A stretch of 50,632 nucleotides of DNA, filler included, from Streblomastix strix (lineage: Eukaryota): NCBI GenBank assembly GCA_008636045.1. It is 3 parts of 3 records of this genome, joined end to end, with 100 filler letters (N's around TTAATTAATTAA, not from the genome) between each part and the next. Parts side by side here need not be neighbours in the genome. Positions count along the whole stretch, not along the records: positions 1 to 16,813 come from SNRW01000763.1; positions 16,914 to 33,725 come from SNRW01000764.1; 1 more part is not named here. One strand, written 5' to 3'. The position numbers and the translations under genes were made by a program. The notes beneath the pieces were generated by a model that saw only the letters and a list, made by a program, of their open reading frames with translations, had not been told where the DNA came from and did no database searches. Below, piece by piece: positions 12,830-27,075 of this stretch (position 1 is its first letter; every line of letters begins with the position of its first letter).

Positions 12830-13170
12830 ATATGGATTAGCGTGGTGGATTAGTTGTATTTACCAATGATACACATCAGTGTTGTGGATTAATGAACAAA
12901 TGAATGAATATTCACTAGTCATGTGGATTAATGTGTGCAAATTGCTTAAAATCATTCATATTAATGATATTTATTAATACTTTGTATTAGTGTTGTGGAT
13001 TAATGCTTTCTGATATGTCTATTCGATTGATTGTATGAAGAATTTTAGGGATATGTTCAGAATCACGTATTTTCAAATTAAAGGGCTACGACTGTGCGTT
13101 TAGCGCGGGTAGATTGATTTGAAAATGAATGATTTTGAACCTGCCCCTAACTTCTTCATACTATACTACT
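12830..13170. repeat. Probable right terminal inverted repeat region of the Polinton with five TGGATTA-core repeats
   Basis: TGGATTA cores near 12833, 12846, 12885, 12924 and 12996, two of them identical AGTGTTGTGGATTAATG. Terminal ACTACT at 13165-13170. The partner TIR lies outside the contig. Confidence 0.6.
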
Positions 13171-13470
13171 AATAAATATCTTAACATGAGTTTTTGCAAA
13201 AAATGTTCTAAAATAAGATTTGAGTAGGAACTTACAACATAATTCTACCAAACATATATAATTCTAAAAATTGAAATTAGTTTTATTATATTTATATATA
13301 TTACTTTAATTTCATTTAAACAAACATTTTAAATTTTTTAGAACTAATTTTATACTTCATAATTTTACACTAACTGTTTCAATAATGATTTCATTTTATA
13401 TTAATTAGTTGTAATTTCATATTTTTATTATATAAAATTTAAAAATTTATAATATATTCATTAAATCTTT

Positions 13471-14830
13471 AAAATAATCGCGAATGAAGTCAATTTGCTG
13501 ATAGCAGTTTCGTTTTAGCCGTTCGCTGCAAAGAGTGATGTTTGAATAGTTTTTTTTTTCATTTTTTATTTATACATTAAATATAACATTTATAAATTTA
13601 TTAATAACTAAGACACGAATTCCAGTCTCGAGAAAAGGCCCTGGTGAGGATCCTCTTCGTTGCAGGAGCTGCATGGCTTATGTGAGTCCATTTGCACCTC
13701 TTATTCAAGCTGGAACAGAAATTATCTGTCCATTTTATGAAGTTACCAACCAAGGTTTGTAGTTATTGAACAAAAATTTTATTTTTTCATTTTTATTACT
13801 TCTTTTTTTAATTCACTATTTAATAACATCTAGTGGAAAATTTTATGCACAACTCGATCGGAATGTAGTTCGTAGAGATGCTAATGATCAACATGAATAT
13901 TACTATGGGTCTGTTAATTACTCATTTAGTGGGATAGATGATCGAAGAATCAAATAAGAAGGTTTATATGAATCAAAAGTCATTTAAAGGATTATTTGAT
14001 GCAACTAACATTCGTGGATGCACAATTGCATTTAATAATAGAATTCATATATTTAGAATATAGAAATTGAGTTCATAACCGAAAATAAAAGGTTAGATTT
14101 ATTTAATTTTTAATTAAATAATCAATTTTGATATATTTTTATGTATTATTTTGAATAGATTCATCATCATATAAATACAGTGTTCATGATTGTACTGATC
14201 CATATGAAACACAACCTCCAGTTTAAATATAGTCGTATCCAATAATTGGAGAATGCATAGATACAATCAGTATAATTAATTCTTCTATTCCTGCAATGTT
14301 TGCTCCAATATCTCCAATTAATGATTAAAGAAAACGATTATCTATTAAAATATGTTTAATATTTCATTATTTATTATAAATAACATAACATTACAGATAT
14401 AATGAATTTTATATTTAATTATATTCCATTATTATATATCTATTTATATATTTTAGGAATTTGGAGGAATAAAAGCAATTAATGGAGCTCCGGGTGCATC
14501 AACACTTTTATCATCATTGATGAAGTATGAGAAAAAAGAAAATAAATAATTGAATATTAAACCAGTTAAAGTTGGATTATTATTTGATAGTTCTACTTCA
14601 GTAAAATAAACATTAGAATAGAATAAGGAATAACTTGAGTCAATATATAATAATGATTGTTGTTTATGAACAGATGTTATGATATCAATTGAATTATTGA
14701 GAGGATCAACTGGAAAAGTGCATTTATTCACTTAGTCAATACCTATAATATAATTAATATTAGACTTCTCCTCCTTAATAGGAAATATAATAACAGGCTC
14801 CATAACCATTAAATCCACAAGGTAATATAA
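13471..14830 (+). pseudogene. SEC24: Degenerate Sec24-like COPII coat gene with introns (3' boundary approximate)
   Basis: AVSFQPFA, then zinc finger PLRCRSCMAYVSPF...ICPFYEVTN (last Cys replaced by Tyr), then FYAQLDRNVVRRD...YGSVNY. Downstream trunk remnants contain TGA and frameshifts. Confidence 0.65.
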
Positions 14831-16813
14831 ATTAATAAACTCCAATATATTAATCATAATCTTAATAATAATATGATTAATAACATAAATCAATTGAAAT
14901 TCCATTTGTTGATGGAGAAAATAGAGTATTTGGTTCATTTGGATGGGAAACAAAGAAGATTAATACTGATCAATAATAATAATAACTTCCGCCTTCATAA
15001 TCAGATAAATAATAATAATAATTACCAGAGAAGTATTCAGTTCATTTTATTCTTCCTCTTCTTTTATGTTAATAATTATAATCAAAAGACCATATTCACC
15101 TTCAAATTAGATATCTAACTTCACTAATAAAATAAAAAAGATCCTAATCTCCATCTAATCTACCAACTCGATATGAATAAAAGGATAATTATCAATAATC
15201 TACATCTTCATAACTCTGTAATTAGAATATTGATAATTAGTGGGGCTAGAATGTTATAAAGGGCACAAAAGATGAGAAGGATAAGAAATAATAATAATAA
15301 GTGGATGAATTAGAAACTCTTTCTGAAAGAGAAGCGCTTCTTTCCTCATTTTACGGAATATCAAAACAATCTTCATTACAAATATCATCAAAAGTATCCA
15401 GTTCTGATTCAAAACGATAAGAAGTAATCTCTAATTAATAAGATGAGTATTGGATAAATGCAATTAATTCATTATTGATTTTAATTTATTATTTTAAATT
15501 ATTTGATAATATATTGTTAATTTTTTAATTTTTATTATTTTAATCTTATAATTAAGATTGATTTATTTCTGAAATAGTTTAATATTGATATGTTTATGTT
15601 TCATTTGTTTAATTTTACTATTACTAATCGTAATAATTATTATTATTAAATAAATTTGATGAGTTAATATTATAAATTTCATTTACAAATTGAAGTTTAA
15701 GCAAATATCTTAATATATTTGATAATTCACAAATAACATCAATAAATTTCATTACTCTGTCATAGTTCAATTTTGTAAATTTATTTTTTTTTTGGAATTT
15801 ATTTAATTAATTCAGTTTTTGGTCTTCATAATTCTCTCAATGTATATGGTTTTATTTTAAATCCACTTTGAATTAAATATTAAGGTTAGTCTTCGATTAT
15901 TGAAATGCAAATTTGGAGTTTATTCTTAAATTATTTATGGAAAAAATTAGATTTTTTATAAAATAAACTAATATATTTTTAATCTATTTACTATTAGTTG
16001 TTTCATATTTAAGAACTTATTATATTAAATAAATTTTAAATATATTTATAAAAATAATATATTTTAGCGCACAATATGATCTCTTTTTGATATTTTACTA
16101 ATTTGTATATGGAGACTAATTTTATAAAATTTAATTTAACTTTATTATATATAAATTATATATAAATTACTTCAATTTAATATAATAAGTAAAAATATCT
16201 TATTATAATCTTTGGTTCGCGAAAGGTTTTATTTTTGAGCAATGCAAAATCCCACCTTCATATAATTATTTAAATCTTTAATCATCTAAAAAACACGAAA
16301 ACCATTAGTCTTTATTTTTTCAAATACATAGACTTTTTTTTATTGTAGCTGGTAAAATTCTTTAAAAATTGAATTAATTTTAATTGTTGTTAAATTAATT
16401 TTATCAAAACGACGCATAATATCATATTCAAAAATATACATAAATTTAAATATGAATATAAATATATATTAATATAAACATAAATATAAATATAAACTAT
16501 ACATGGGCCATTCCATAAACCCATTTCATAAAAACTAATATTTCATTAATTTATTGGGCCACTTCACATAATCACTACATAAGTCCAAATATATCAAAAA
16601 TATATTTAATTTATGCATGGGCCGCTTCATATTATCAATTCGTAAGCTTAATTTTAATATCAATACTTATTTTTTCTAAAGTCTGTATATTCTAAAAAAC
16701 TTTGGCGATTTAATTTAATTCAAAGTGGATTTAAAATAAAACCATATACATTGAGAGAATTATGAAGACCAAAAACTGAATTAATTAAATAAATTCCAAA
16801 AAAAAAATAAATT

Positions 16814-16913
16814 NNNNNNNNNNNNNNNNNNNNNNNNNNNNNNNNNNNNNNNNNNNNTTAATTAATTAANNNNNNNNNNNNNNNNNNNNNNNNNNNNNNN
16901 NNNNNNNNNNNNN
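16814..16913. other. Artificial contig spacer
   Basis: N44-TTAATTAATTAA-N44. Confidence 0.98.
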
Positions 16914-19900
16914 CAAATTATTAATGACCGTCTTTAGCTGGATCACCTGCTATAGCTATATAAATTGAATCTGTGTCTGCAAGAACAAAATGAAATCGTT
17001 TACGTTCTAGACATTTATACATGAAATTATATATATAATTGAGATACTAATATTTCGCATTATCTAAGTTAAAACTCCAGATTAAAGTGATGCAAAACAA
17101 GTCGCCGTTTTAGGTTTAATTTATACTGCAAATATGTTAGCACTAATTCGTCTGGTACTAATGCGGTTCGGGTGATGTTAAGCAATAAATGTATTAGTTT
17201 TATATAATAACTTCATTTTACCAAACTTCTCTGTGTTTAGTGTATCATATCCATAAGATGCGTTAATTATTAATTTGTAGAATTTTTCTTTAGATGATCC
17301 TGCTAATATAGCTTTTATTCATAAGTTCATCTCTGTCCTAAAAAAATCTCATAAGCACCATTTATTTCAAAGACTGCAATAGTTTTGTAGCCGGTAATGA
17401 TGAAACCCGGAAAAATAAGTAACCATAAATAATATTTATTAAAAACTACAAAATAACTATCAATGTCAACTAATGTTGTTAGTTTTCTATCTTTCTTAAT
17501 CATTGACAGTGAATGTTTTTGAGCTTGCGAATACATATATTCGCCTATCACTTCTTTCTTGTTTTCTATCTCAATATTTCCAAATATAGGAGGTGGTGCA
17601 AGTAAGTTATTGTTTTCTGATTTAGGAAATTACCCTTTTATCTTAGAAACAAATATATCTTTTCGTTAGTCAATTCAATTTTTGATTACATATGATTTTT
17701 CTGAAAAAAATCTTGATATTTCAGCCATATACCTTCTATGATTAGTATTAGGAATATTTTCATTTTTGATTGATGAATATGAACTAGGATAAAGACTATT
17801 ACAATCAAGAGCAAATATATGTGTAACAACATTTTCATTATCTTATGAGATCACTTTATTTGATTATTTATCATAAGTTAATTCATTTATATGTGTTTCG
17901 CCTGAAATATTTTCTCTATGAAATACTGCTGCAAGACAACTTGTGAAACATTCTCGATGCAATTTATATATTTTTTCATAACTATTTGTCATAGGTAAGT
18001 TGTTCTTAATTGCATACTATCTCATCTTGATATGTATTGATGCTATTTTTGGATCTAAATTTAAAAGAACAATATTATATGAAACACATGCTGGCAAACA
18101 GTTATCTTTTATATATTAAAGTTCAATATTTTATCTATCTAAACTTGATTGATTATCATAAGTAAATTTAGCATTACAAACTGAACCTAATGATGCTTCA
18201 AATAAATTTTTATACTAGTCATAATCATCAGCTGTTACTTTATTATCTGTGCCTCTACCAACTATATAACGCAATTATTTATAATTATAACACTTACTTT
18301 TCCAGTACCATTCTGCAAGAGCAAAAAAGTTTCACTTAAAGATATGGATTAGTGTAAACTGCATTAAAATCAAAATCTTCCCAATAACAATATTTTTTTT
18401 CGCCAGCTTCAAGATTCAATTTTAAAGGAAATTTTGTTGAATAACGTTTTGTTGCATACGCACATTATGATATTGAAATATAGTGCAAAACATAATTATT
18501 GAATCATTCAAAAATATCAAATTAATTCATTAATGATTTAACCATAATTTCTATACCATCAACGCTATCGTATTTTAAGTGGTCTAACTTGTAATTTAAT
18601 TTCATGCAACCATTAGGTAAAGTTGAATTATAACCAATCAAATACTGATTATATAAATCTTATGTGAAAGAATAACATCATTTAAGCTATAATTTATAAT
18701 CTTCATATTCAAATGGTTCTGTTTTCATTATTATTTCTTTCCAATTCTTTGTGTTAACAATTTCATAAGGTAATATACCGTTATCTTCTTAAGATGATTT
18801 GTCTCCGCGAAATCCGTTCGAGTCAACATGGTTCATGTCATCTTTTACGCATGTCTTTAATGTCATTGGTCAGGATAGGTTCTCTATATCGATGAACTGT
18901 AATTTCATATGAGACTTTTTATGAGGTACAGTAATTGATTTAGTATTATTGAGATCACCATTAGGAATACTCATAGACCAAAGTTCACAATCTAAGGCAT
19001 CACATTATAGAGCAATATCAAATCTTGAACTATTCCATCCAAGTACTTTAACACATTTATCAAATGGAATATTTTCATTATCATACTTCATACTCTAATA
19101 TATCTATTCTGCTGATACAAATGTTTATGCAAGCCATAGATGGACAAAAGATGAATTGGATGGTAATCCATAAATTTCTAATTACTCTTAATAATCATTA
19201 GCTAATTTATCGAATAATGTATAATGTCTCTTAACTAATTCATAAGATTTAGCATTTATGCCAAACTTTACGGGTTTATCATTATTAAGGTATACTTCTG
19301 TTGAAGCAATTGATAATTTAGATAGTTGTGAGAGTAATGATGTTTAATCAGTTATATTTTTCATAACTTAATCACTTAATGTTTCAAAGTCATATATTAT
19401 AAATCCACGCTAATCTTTAAAATGATTTAATAATCTATAAGCCATTAAGTTCTCTATTGTAGGATGATTTAATATTGCATAACATGTTGGCATTGGAACA
19501 TCTTATAATAAGATAGATAGCTGATGAGTTGATGACTTACATTTTTCTACATGAGTATTGAAAAATTCATTAGCTCAAAAGTTGAATTTAGATAGAACTG
19601 TTACATAATCATGGCAGTGAGGACAGACAAGAACACCGGTGAGCTTTTCTTCAATAGAAATGTACATTAAATGTTACTCTCTTTCATCATAAAAGAGTAA
19701 TAAGACTAAAGTCATTAAATTTTTATTAATTTAACTTTATGAACTAAATAGTTTTTATTGACATGTTTTTCCTTCTAAATCTTCATGATAAATATATACA
19801 TTATCTTTAAGATTAAATACTTCAGTAAATTTAATCATTTCAATAGAGATGTTGAAACTTTAATCATCTTATAAGTTTTTGTAAAATGATTAATCTTTCT

Positions 19901-21300
19901 TTGATTTTTCATTATAGACATATTCAAAAAGTTAATATTTACCTTTAATTCTGTAATAATAAGCAAATAATTATTTAGTAGAAAAACTTACTTAGCAATT
20001 ACTTATTTTTTCATCAATTTTGCTTCATATATTATAGGCTAGTGCTGTAAAGAAACATATTTTATAATCTTAATCTAAATAGTAAACTGAATATTATTTT
20101 ACACAATTATCAAGATATGGCATTTTTGCTCCAGTATCTATTAATTTATAAGAAGCAAAGATTACATTAAAAATATTCCAACAATCGATTTTTACTGTCT
20201 TCATATGTTCGTTCCAATAATTCTCTTAACTTTCTGAATATATCTACTTTGAATTATTCCAATGATTTCTTATCAGTTATTGTTGATTATTAATGTTTGA
20301 AAGCATTATCTAATGAAGGAATTCTGGCTGAATATTTATAATTATTTCCATCAAGTTTTTCTTATAATAGAACTCCAAAATCAATTTGAACTTTAAAAGG
20401 AAGTCCTTTGTACGAATTATATACTTTATCTGAATATTAAGACAGTTGCTCTTACTGAGTTAGTTTATTAAAATAATGAAGTTTATAAGTAATTTCATCA
20501 TAAACAACTTCAGCAATTGCTTCATTATTTTTGAATTTACTTACTTTCTTTATTGCTTTAATTGCTTCCTCTTCAGTTTCAACATCACATAATTGTAATG
20601 CAATTTATGATAAATTATTATTTCTTTTTAGGTTATCAATTGTTGAAAATGTGTTAGAGATATCATCTTCATTTTGCATGATTTATTGATTCAGATTATA
20701 CTTAATTTTATTGATTTTGTCTTTATATATCCTATCAACATCAAACTGTTTAACTTTATATTAATCTATATTATCATAAGCATCTAATCTATATTTAATT
20801 ATCTTAAAATAGTCCCCGTGCACATGGACAATTCATCTTATTCATCCACACTATTAGTCAATAACATTAATCTGCTTAATTGGACCGAATCATCAGTCTT
20901 ATCTCTTACTTTTAACATCATATTCATGATCAGCGTACCAACGTTGATTAAGATGTCAACTTTCAAGTCAATCAGAAAACGTTTATTTTTCTCTATTTAT
21001 TTCAATTTTTTATTAGCCAATATACTAAATTAAAATTATTTAATAGAATATTGATAATTCATCAATTTTCTCAATTTTTCATATCTCGTTTATACTCTTC
21101 ATTAAGGTCATATCGTATACGAGGAATCCAAAAATCATGTTTATTTGTGATCCTTCAACTATCGATCACCTTCAATTTCCTCAATTAACCTTAATTTTTT
21201 AGACATAATTTCCATATAAGATATTTTCTCTCATTCATCCTTACGATTAATCATTTTTCATTCATCATATATCATTGACTAAATCTTGGAGATCCTCACT
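16914..21300 (-). pseudogene. polB: Second, heavily decayed Polinton-type pPolB including the N-terminal region; 3'-truncated by the contig end, 5' boundary approximate
   Basis: NICFFTALAY, VCPHCHD, ExoI IIYDFETL, ExoII GWNSSRFD, motif A ALDCNSLYPS, motif B YKLIINASYG, motif C VLADTDSIY. Multiple frameshifts and TGA. Confidence 0.9.
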
Positions 21301-23068
21301 TTTTTCTTACACTATTTCACTATGAATAAACCAAATGTCTCTAATCTTTAAAAAATTCTCAAAAATAAAATAACTATATAAACTAGATTTTCTAAAATAA
21401 TCCCCAAGTGTAGTAGGCAAAGAACCATCATTGCTCAATGTAATTTAACTTTAAAAATAAACTTATCTCATTAGTGGATATCATAAATTATTTTTATTTT
21501 TCATTACGATCAACTACATTTAACTATTGTTTTCTCGTAATTTTTAAGTTTAAATTCCATAGAGCAATGAGGTTCTTTTGTCTATTACTAAGATTATTTA
21601 TTTAAATCTAGATAATTAAATTAACATATAAAACGTAATTGTAATAATAATTAAAGGCTTGGGTTAATAGAATATTTATGCCAAAGAATTTATTAGTTTA
21701 AATATAAAAATATAGAAAATTTTATTAAAAGGAAAATATTTATTTAATTTTAATGTTGTGTGAAGGAAGAATTTGAACTTTTGAAAATTTTTAAAAATAT
21801 GAAGAACAAAAAAAAGTTAAGTTCATAAATTTATAATATTATATATTGGACAAAAGCGCTTTTAAGAGCGCTAAACGCGCGCTGCACAAAATTAAAGCGC
21901 TCTAATTAAAATTTTCCAATCAATAAATAGTTACGCAAAAATATGAAATTTTTATATGTCAATAAATAATTATTTTATTATTTGAGTTAGCAATACTAAT
22001 CAATTAGATAAATTATATATTTTATACTTAAACAGTGTCGTATTTATTCGTTATTAGTCTGAATTATTCGTGTTTTAAAAAAAGTTGGTTTTCGCACTTA
22101 ATTTATTCCACTCCTACAAATGTATTTAGTGCCATTTTTCATTTAAACAATAGATATTATCATATTGATTGATAAATCGTTATTAAATTTAAAAAATATT
22201 TAATTTTCATCGAGAATTTAGTTCCCCACGCTTTACCGCGCTTTTTGCAGCATTTTTAAGCTCTATTTGCAGTAGTTTTAAACAATTTTTAGATTTTCCA
22301 GTAATAATGTAAGTATTTATTTTCGTAAATGTTAATATTTACAAATTTAGTGGTTATTAAATAATATTATAAATATTTTATATATTGTAATCCTTTGGAT
22401 ATTTAATAAAAACTGTTACAAATTTTAATTATTTTAAAAAAAAGTGAGTTTGTACTATATTTTCTTGGATAAAATGTACCAAATATTATTTTATATATTG
22501 ATTAATTAGGAATCATTTTAAAGCACAATTATTGAAATTATTTATATTAATTATTGACAGTCGCTGAGAATCAAATGAAAATTGCATAAATTAATTTTAA
22601 ATGAATTCTATATATGCTTAGCTTTGATTTTAAAAAAATATTCAATTTAATTCTTCAGAAAAAAATAATTCTTTATATAAACATTAAAATTCATGATAAT
22701 TAATACCTTGTAACACAAAAATAATTATAAAAATTTAATTTCATGAATTTAAGACGTTTTAAGATTTTTTTAAAGGGCTGAGACTCGCGCAGCAAATTAT
22801 TTTACAGCGTTTTAAGCCAATACTATAATGTTATTGAAAATAAATTATTAACAATAATTTTTCTATTTTCAATTGAAAAATATTTAATAATTGGAAAAGA
22901 AAAAAATTTATTTTTTTAAAATTTTTAAAAGTTTATTCAAATAATTTAATTTTACAAGAATTTTGTGTGAATATAATAAAAACTAAATAAACTATTAAAA
23001 AAACGGAAAAATTATCAAAAAATAACTTCAAAATAATAATCAAAATTTTTTTGTATATGGTATTAGAT

Positions 23069-23341
23069 CTAAATTGCAAAAATCAACAATGTGTATTGAT
23101 AACAGTGGAGTAGATCCTAACAAGCCAGTTGTTTCATGGGGGGATGCAAATGGGTATATAATTTAGTTATGGAAAGAGAAACTTGTTATTTACTTTAATT
23201 TTCATTTTTTTTAACCAGAGTGTGGCATTATTCTAATTTGATGGTGATTCCTTTACTGGCGATTATTCCTTTACTTGCACTGCTGTTTTGAGCGATGGTT
23301 AGGAAATAAGCTGTATTGTTATCCAGCAGGATAACGAGTGA
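23069..23341 (+). CDS. Possible small two-exon host gene of unknown function (needs a frameshift near 23238 for the longer reading)
   Basis: GC-richer island, MCIDNSGVDPNKPVVSWGDANG, GT..AG intron (~23154-23218), then VWHYSN.../DGDSFTGDYSFTCTAVLSDGQEISCIVIQQDNE-TGA. Confidence 0.3.
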
Positions 23342-24389
23342 AACTGAAACAATATTTTGATATCTACAGCATATATTTTGTTATGCACAACAGTTACTCT
23401 TAGGCTCGTATTTAGTTTACCAATAATTATCTTAATAGTTACTTTGAATAAACACAGCTTAGCGCAAATTTTAAATAGTTTTATTAATTTTATATAAATG
23501 AAAATAATTGTCATAAATCTTTATAATGTGATAGTGATCTATTTATTTTGTTAAGTACCGTAAGTTATATGTTAATTATAAGTTAAATGTTTCTGAACAC
23601 ACCTATTTGATAGATTTTTTCTATTTTCATTTATTTCAAAATATAAAATTCTAATTATTTTCCTCTTAAATTAACAACTTCTCTGAAACTTAAACTTTAA
23701 TTGCAATTTGAACCGATCTATGTGATGCTGATCAGATATTCCACTAGTTTAGTCAAGCGTTTCTTTTTAAACCAATCTTTTATAATCTATGCATTGCTTT
23801 ATTTGTGATATATTATAGCTTTTGGGTGAAAATGTTGTATTATGCACTAACAGTTATCATATTATCACAATTAACATAGTCATAATCAATAATCATATCA
23901 TTCTACATTCCAAATATAGATGTAGTTCGTGTAGCACTAGAAAAGAATGTGAGCATGAAAATTAAAGAACAAACTCTAAAATTAATGTTCTTTCTCCAGT
24001 TAAATTAGATAATCAATAATTGACTTTGTAAAATAAAAGGCCTTTAGTTTCAATACGAGATTAGATGGCAAACTTAACGAAGAAATTGAAGGGAGTTCTA
24101 AAATCTAAAAGCTTTGAAATATCTGGTTCTACTGATAATAAATGAATTTTTTTAATAAGCTTTTAGCTTGTGTTATATTAATTATCAATATATATATATT
24201 AACGATGTGGTAAAATTTCGAATAAAATTATTGATTATGCTTCATTATAAGTTATTTTATTATTAAAAATTTAATATAAGAAAAGAATGTTTATGAAATG
24301 ATCAAGACTAATACATGCGAATAAGTGAATATTCGTGAATTGTGTTTATCATTAAAATCAATACCAAATGTTTTAATGATCATTTCTTA

Positions 24390-26253
24390 CCTTTTTTAGA
24401 GCTATAAATGAATTGTTTTAATGATGCATTCTTTACTAATAAAGCTTTCTATTTGATTTGTGTATTTTAATTCACTATACAACTGCACAAATGAGTTTTG
24501 ATATCTTCATTTCCTCCAAACTCTTCAATTATTTCAAATTGCTAAATAATTGTATCATTATTACTTTATACTGATTATCCTCTTTTAAAATAAAGATATT
24601 CAAAGAAATCTCCCAGATTTTCCAAAGCAAACTCAAATTCTGATTTTTATTCATCTACAATTAGTTCACAAAGAATGTAAATGAATCTTTCACTTTTCAG
24701 TTGCTCAAATATAACTATATCTTATGACTATCTTATTTTATTCATTACGGACTTGTATCTCTGATAGATCCAAATTCACCATTTTATACATCTTCTTTTT
24801 GATTATTGTTACGATCTTTCTTATTCACTCGAATAAGTTAGATAAGTGCAGGAATAAGATTGAATATTGAATAGGAACTTTCAATTTCCCATGATTTAAC
24901 ACCGAATAGAGAATTAACAACAGATAATGCTTATATGACAATTTTCTATGATGTGAGAATTGTTGTTTGTTTTTGAACTGTAACATGTGTCTGAAATTAT
25001 GAATGATAATTGGAAGGTGAAGTGTTAATATGAGGATTGAGAATGCTATCAATGTTCTAATGCTATCTTATTTATTTATTTATATATTTATAGTTGACTA
25101 TTAAATCTTTCATAAGTTTGTATGCAGCATGCAGAATATCTTCTAATTGTAAAATTTCTGACTAATTTGAACACTTTGAGTAATACTAAGCAGATTTCTG
25201 GCAGAAATCAACCAAAGAATCAATTTTATCTCTAAGATAATCCCATCTTACAGGGCAATGGCTGTCATCTGAATATTTCTCAGGTAGTCCATGCAATGAT
25301 TTAATCAATTTGCTCGAAAATTGAATTTTGTTTATTAGATTGTTAACAATATTACAATCATTTGCTTCTTTCTTACTTTAAGCTTATTATTCAATAAGAT
25401 CATCGGACAAGTTTAATAAATTACTCTGGATTATATCTAAGCATATTATAAGGTTGCTTTCAACTGTATAAGTATATTTTTCTTTCACCATTAATAAGCA
25501 CAAAAGTGTCAAAATCTCAAAAACTGGTGAATATTGTTTATTTACATTTTTAACTTAATCGGCTGCGATTGAATGAAACAGATCCCCAATCAACGATCGT
25601 AATCCAGATTTTTCCAGGTTTATCTTATTATTAATCTTATACACAAGAAGTCCACAATAATATTCATTGTTTGTTTCAGATGTTGCTATTATGCATTCAA
25701 CGAAAAGTTATAATATATTCAATAGCATGATCTCGGGTCCTGATGAACATGATCCAATATATTTCTTGATTGTCTGTAATATATGATCATCAAATGATGT
25801 TATGAGATCGATTTGATCAAATTACTTGCATTATTAGAATATGCCATTCAATTATTCAGTTTTCTATTATTCTGTAAAATTAGCAGATTCAAAAATATTC
25901 TCTATTTCTTAAGGTGAATAAAGAAGAATTTTAACCTGTTACTAATCGATTTATTAATTACTTGGAAGTTTTTGTGAAAGTTAATAATCTCTTTTTGCTT
26001 CACCTAATTTATTATTAGAATTTAAATTTAATTTTGATATTAGTTGTTATTATTTCTCAGTTAAATAGCATAATTATCCAATTTCATTATTTGCTTTCAA
26101 TTATTACTCATGTTTTACCTTTACTTCAATATCGGATTTATTCAATTTCTCGGTTAAAATATTAATTTATTCGTCTTTATGTTTTATTTACTCTTAGAGT
26201 TGCTAAATTTCGTCTTTCTTTATAGAAACTGATAATTTAGCTCTTTTAGACAT
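24390..26253 (-). CDS. Host hypothetical protein with N-terminal coiled coil and helical (ARM-like) region; frameshift near 24770
   Basis: ATG 26253 is open for 503 codons to TGA 24742. Protein-like sequence continues in a shifted frame (…EIIEEFGGNEDIKTHL…) to a GTAAG donor near 24390. Confidence 0.6.
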
Positions 26254-27075
26254 AAAAGCAAAATTCTATGATGATGTAATATAATAATAATAAATTAATA
26301 AAGATCTATATGAAAAATTAAAAAATTATATGAGAAATAAGAAAAATAATTTGTGATTTACTGAATTATATGATAAAAATATTATAATTCATTATAAATC
26401 AGAAAATTTGGTCATAACATTAAAAATAAGTCAATTAATTATTTTTAAAAATTTGTAAACAGATTAAAATGATTGTTTTTGTTAATTTATTAATAAAAAA
26501 GATTTTTTTATAAAAATTGTGATTATATATCTATAAATACATTTAAATCTAATAGAACATGTTTATTTAACTTATTATTAAATAAATAAATACAATATTA
26601 GCATATATTTTTGGTATTCCATCCAGAAAATCTTCAAGAATTAAGATTTCAATTTTTCTTTCGTTCTTATGAAATTAGATAATAATTGAAAATATTTAAT
26701 ATTAAAGCTATTTATTTCACAAAAATTATAAAATTACAAAGTTGTACAACAGATATCTTCAAAATCATGCTTAAATGTTGTAAAGTTTGGAGCTAGTTCT
26801 ACTTCCTCCAGTTTGTTATTTGATCGTATTTATTCTAATAAAAATAAATACATCATCTTTTTTCTTACTTAGCATATATACTCTATTGATAGAAGTTGTT
26901 TCTAGCCGATATATATTACCTACAAAATTAATTCCGCCATTCTGCCATATGATCTTTGTATTATATCATATTAAACATATATTGATTTTAAAAAATGTAA
27001 ATACAAAAATTTTACATTCAAATTATTAATATTTATGAATTATCAACCCCAGAAAATAGCGCCGAAATTAAATTA

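Larger units (their letters stand above)
1..13170. mobile_element. Endogenous Polinton/Maverick-like dsDNA virus (right part; left end truncated by contig start), partly decayed
   Basis: Densely packed intronless genes including pPolB, A32-type ATPase, capsid-sized ORF and fibres. Ends in ...ACTATACTACT at 13170 (reverse complement AGTAGT, the typical Polinton terminus), followed by an abrupt switch to AT-rich host DNA. Confidence 0.9.

Noticed and set aside
16500..16635. Three TGGGCC-containing repeats at ~55-60-bp spacing
   Set aside because: Short and degenerate, near an artefact-prone contig end; no function can be supported.
15778..16813. Perfect 101-bp inverted repeat (15778-15878 vs 16713-16813)
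   Set aside because: One arm ends exactly at the contig end, typical of whole-genome-amplification fold-back chimeras or assembly artefacts rather than a transposon TIR.
16814..16913. TTAATTAATTAA palindrome inside N runs (also 33726-33825)
   Set aside because: Synthetic six-frame-stop linker. The contigs are size-sorted (16813, 16812, 16807 bp), so adjacency across spacers has no biological meaning.
21300..21620. Possible terminus of the second Polinton
   Set aside because: No convincing ACTACT/AGTAGT end or TIR could be identified.
23810..24145. Open frame ending ...FEISGSTDNK-TGA
   Set aside because: No clear start, splice structure or domain; not supportable as a gene.
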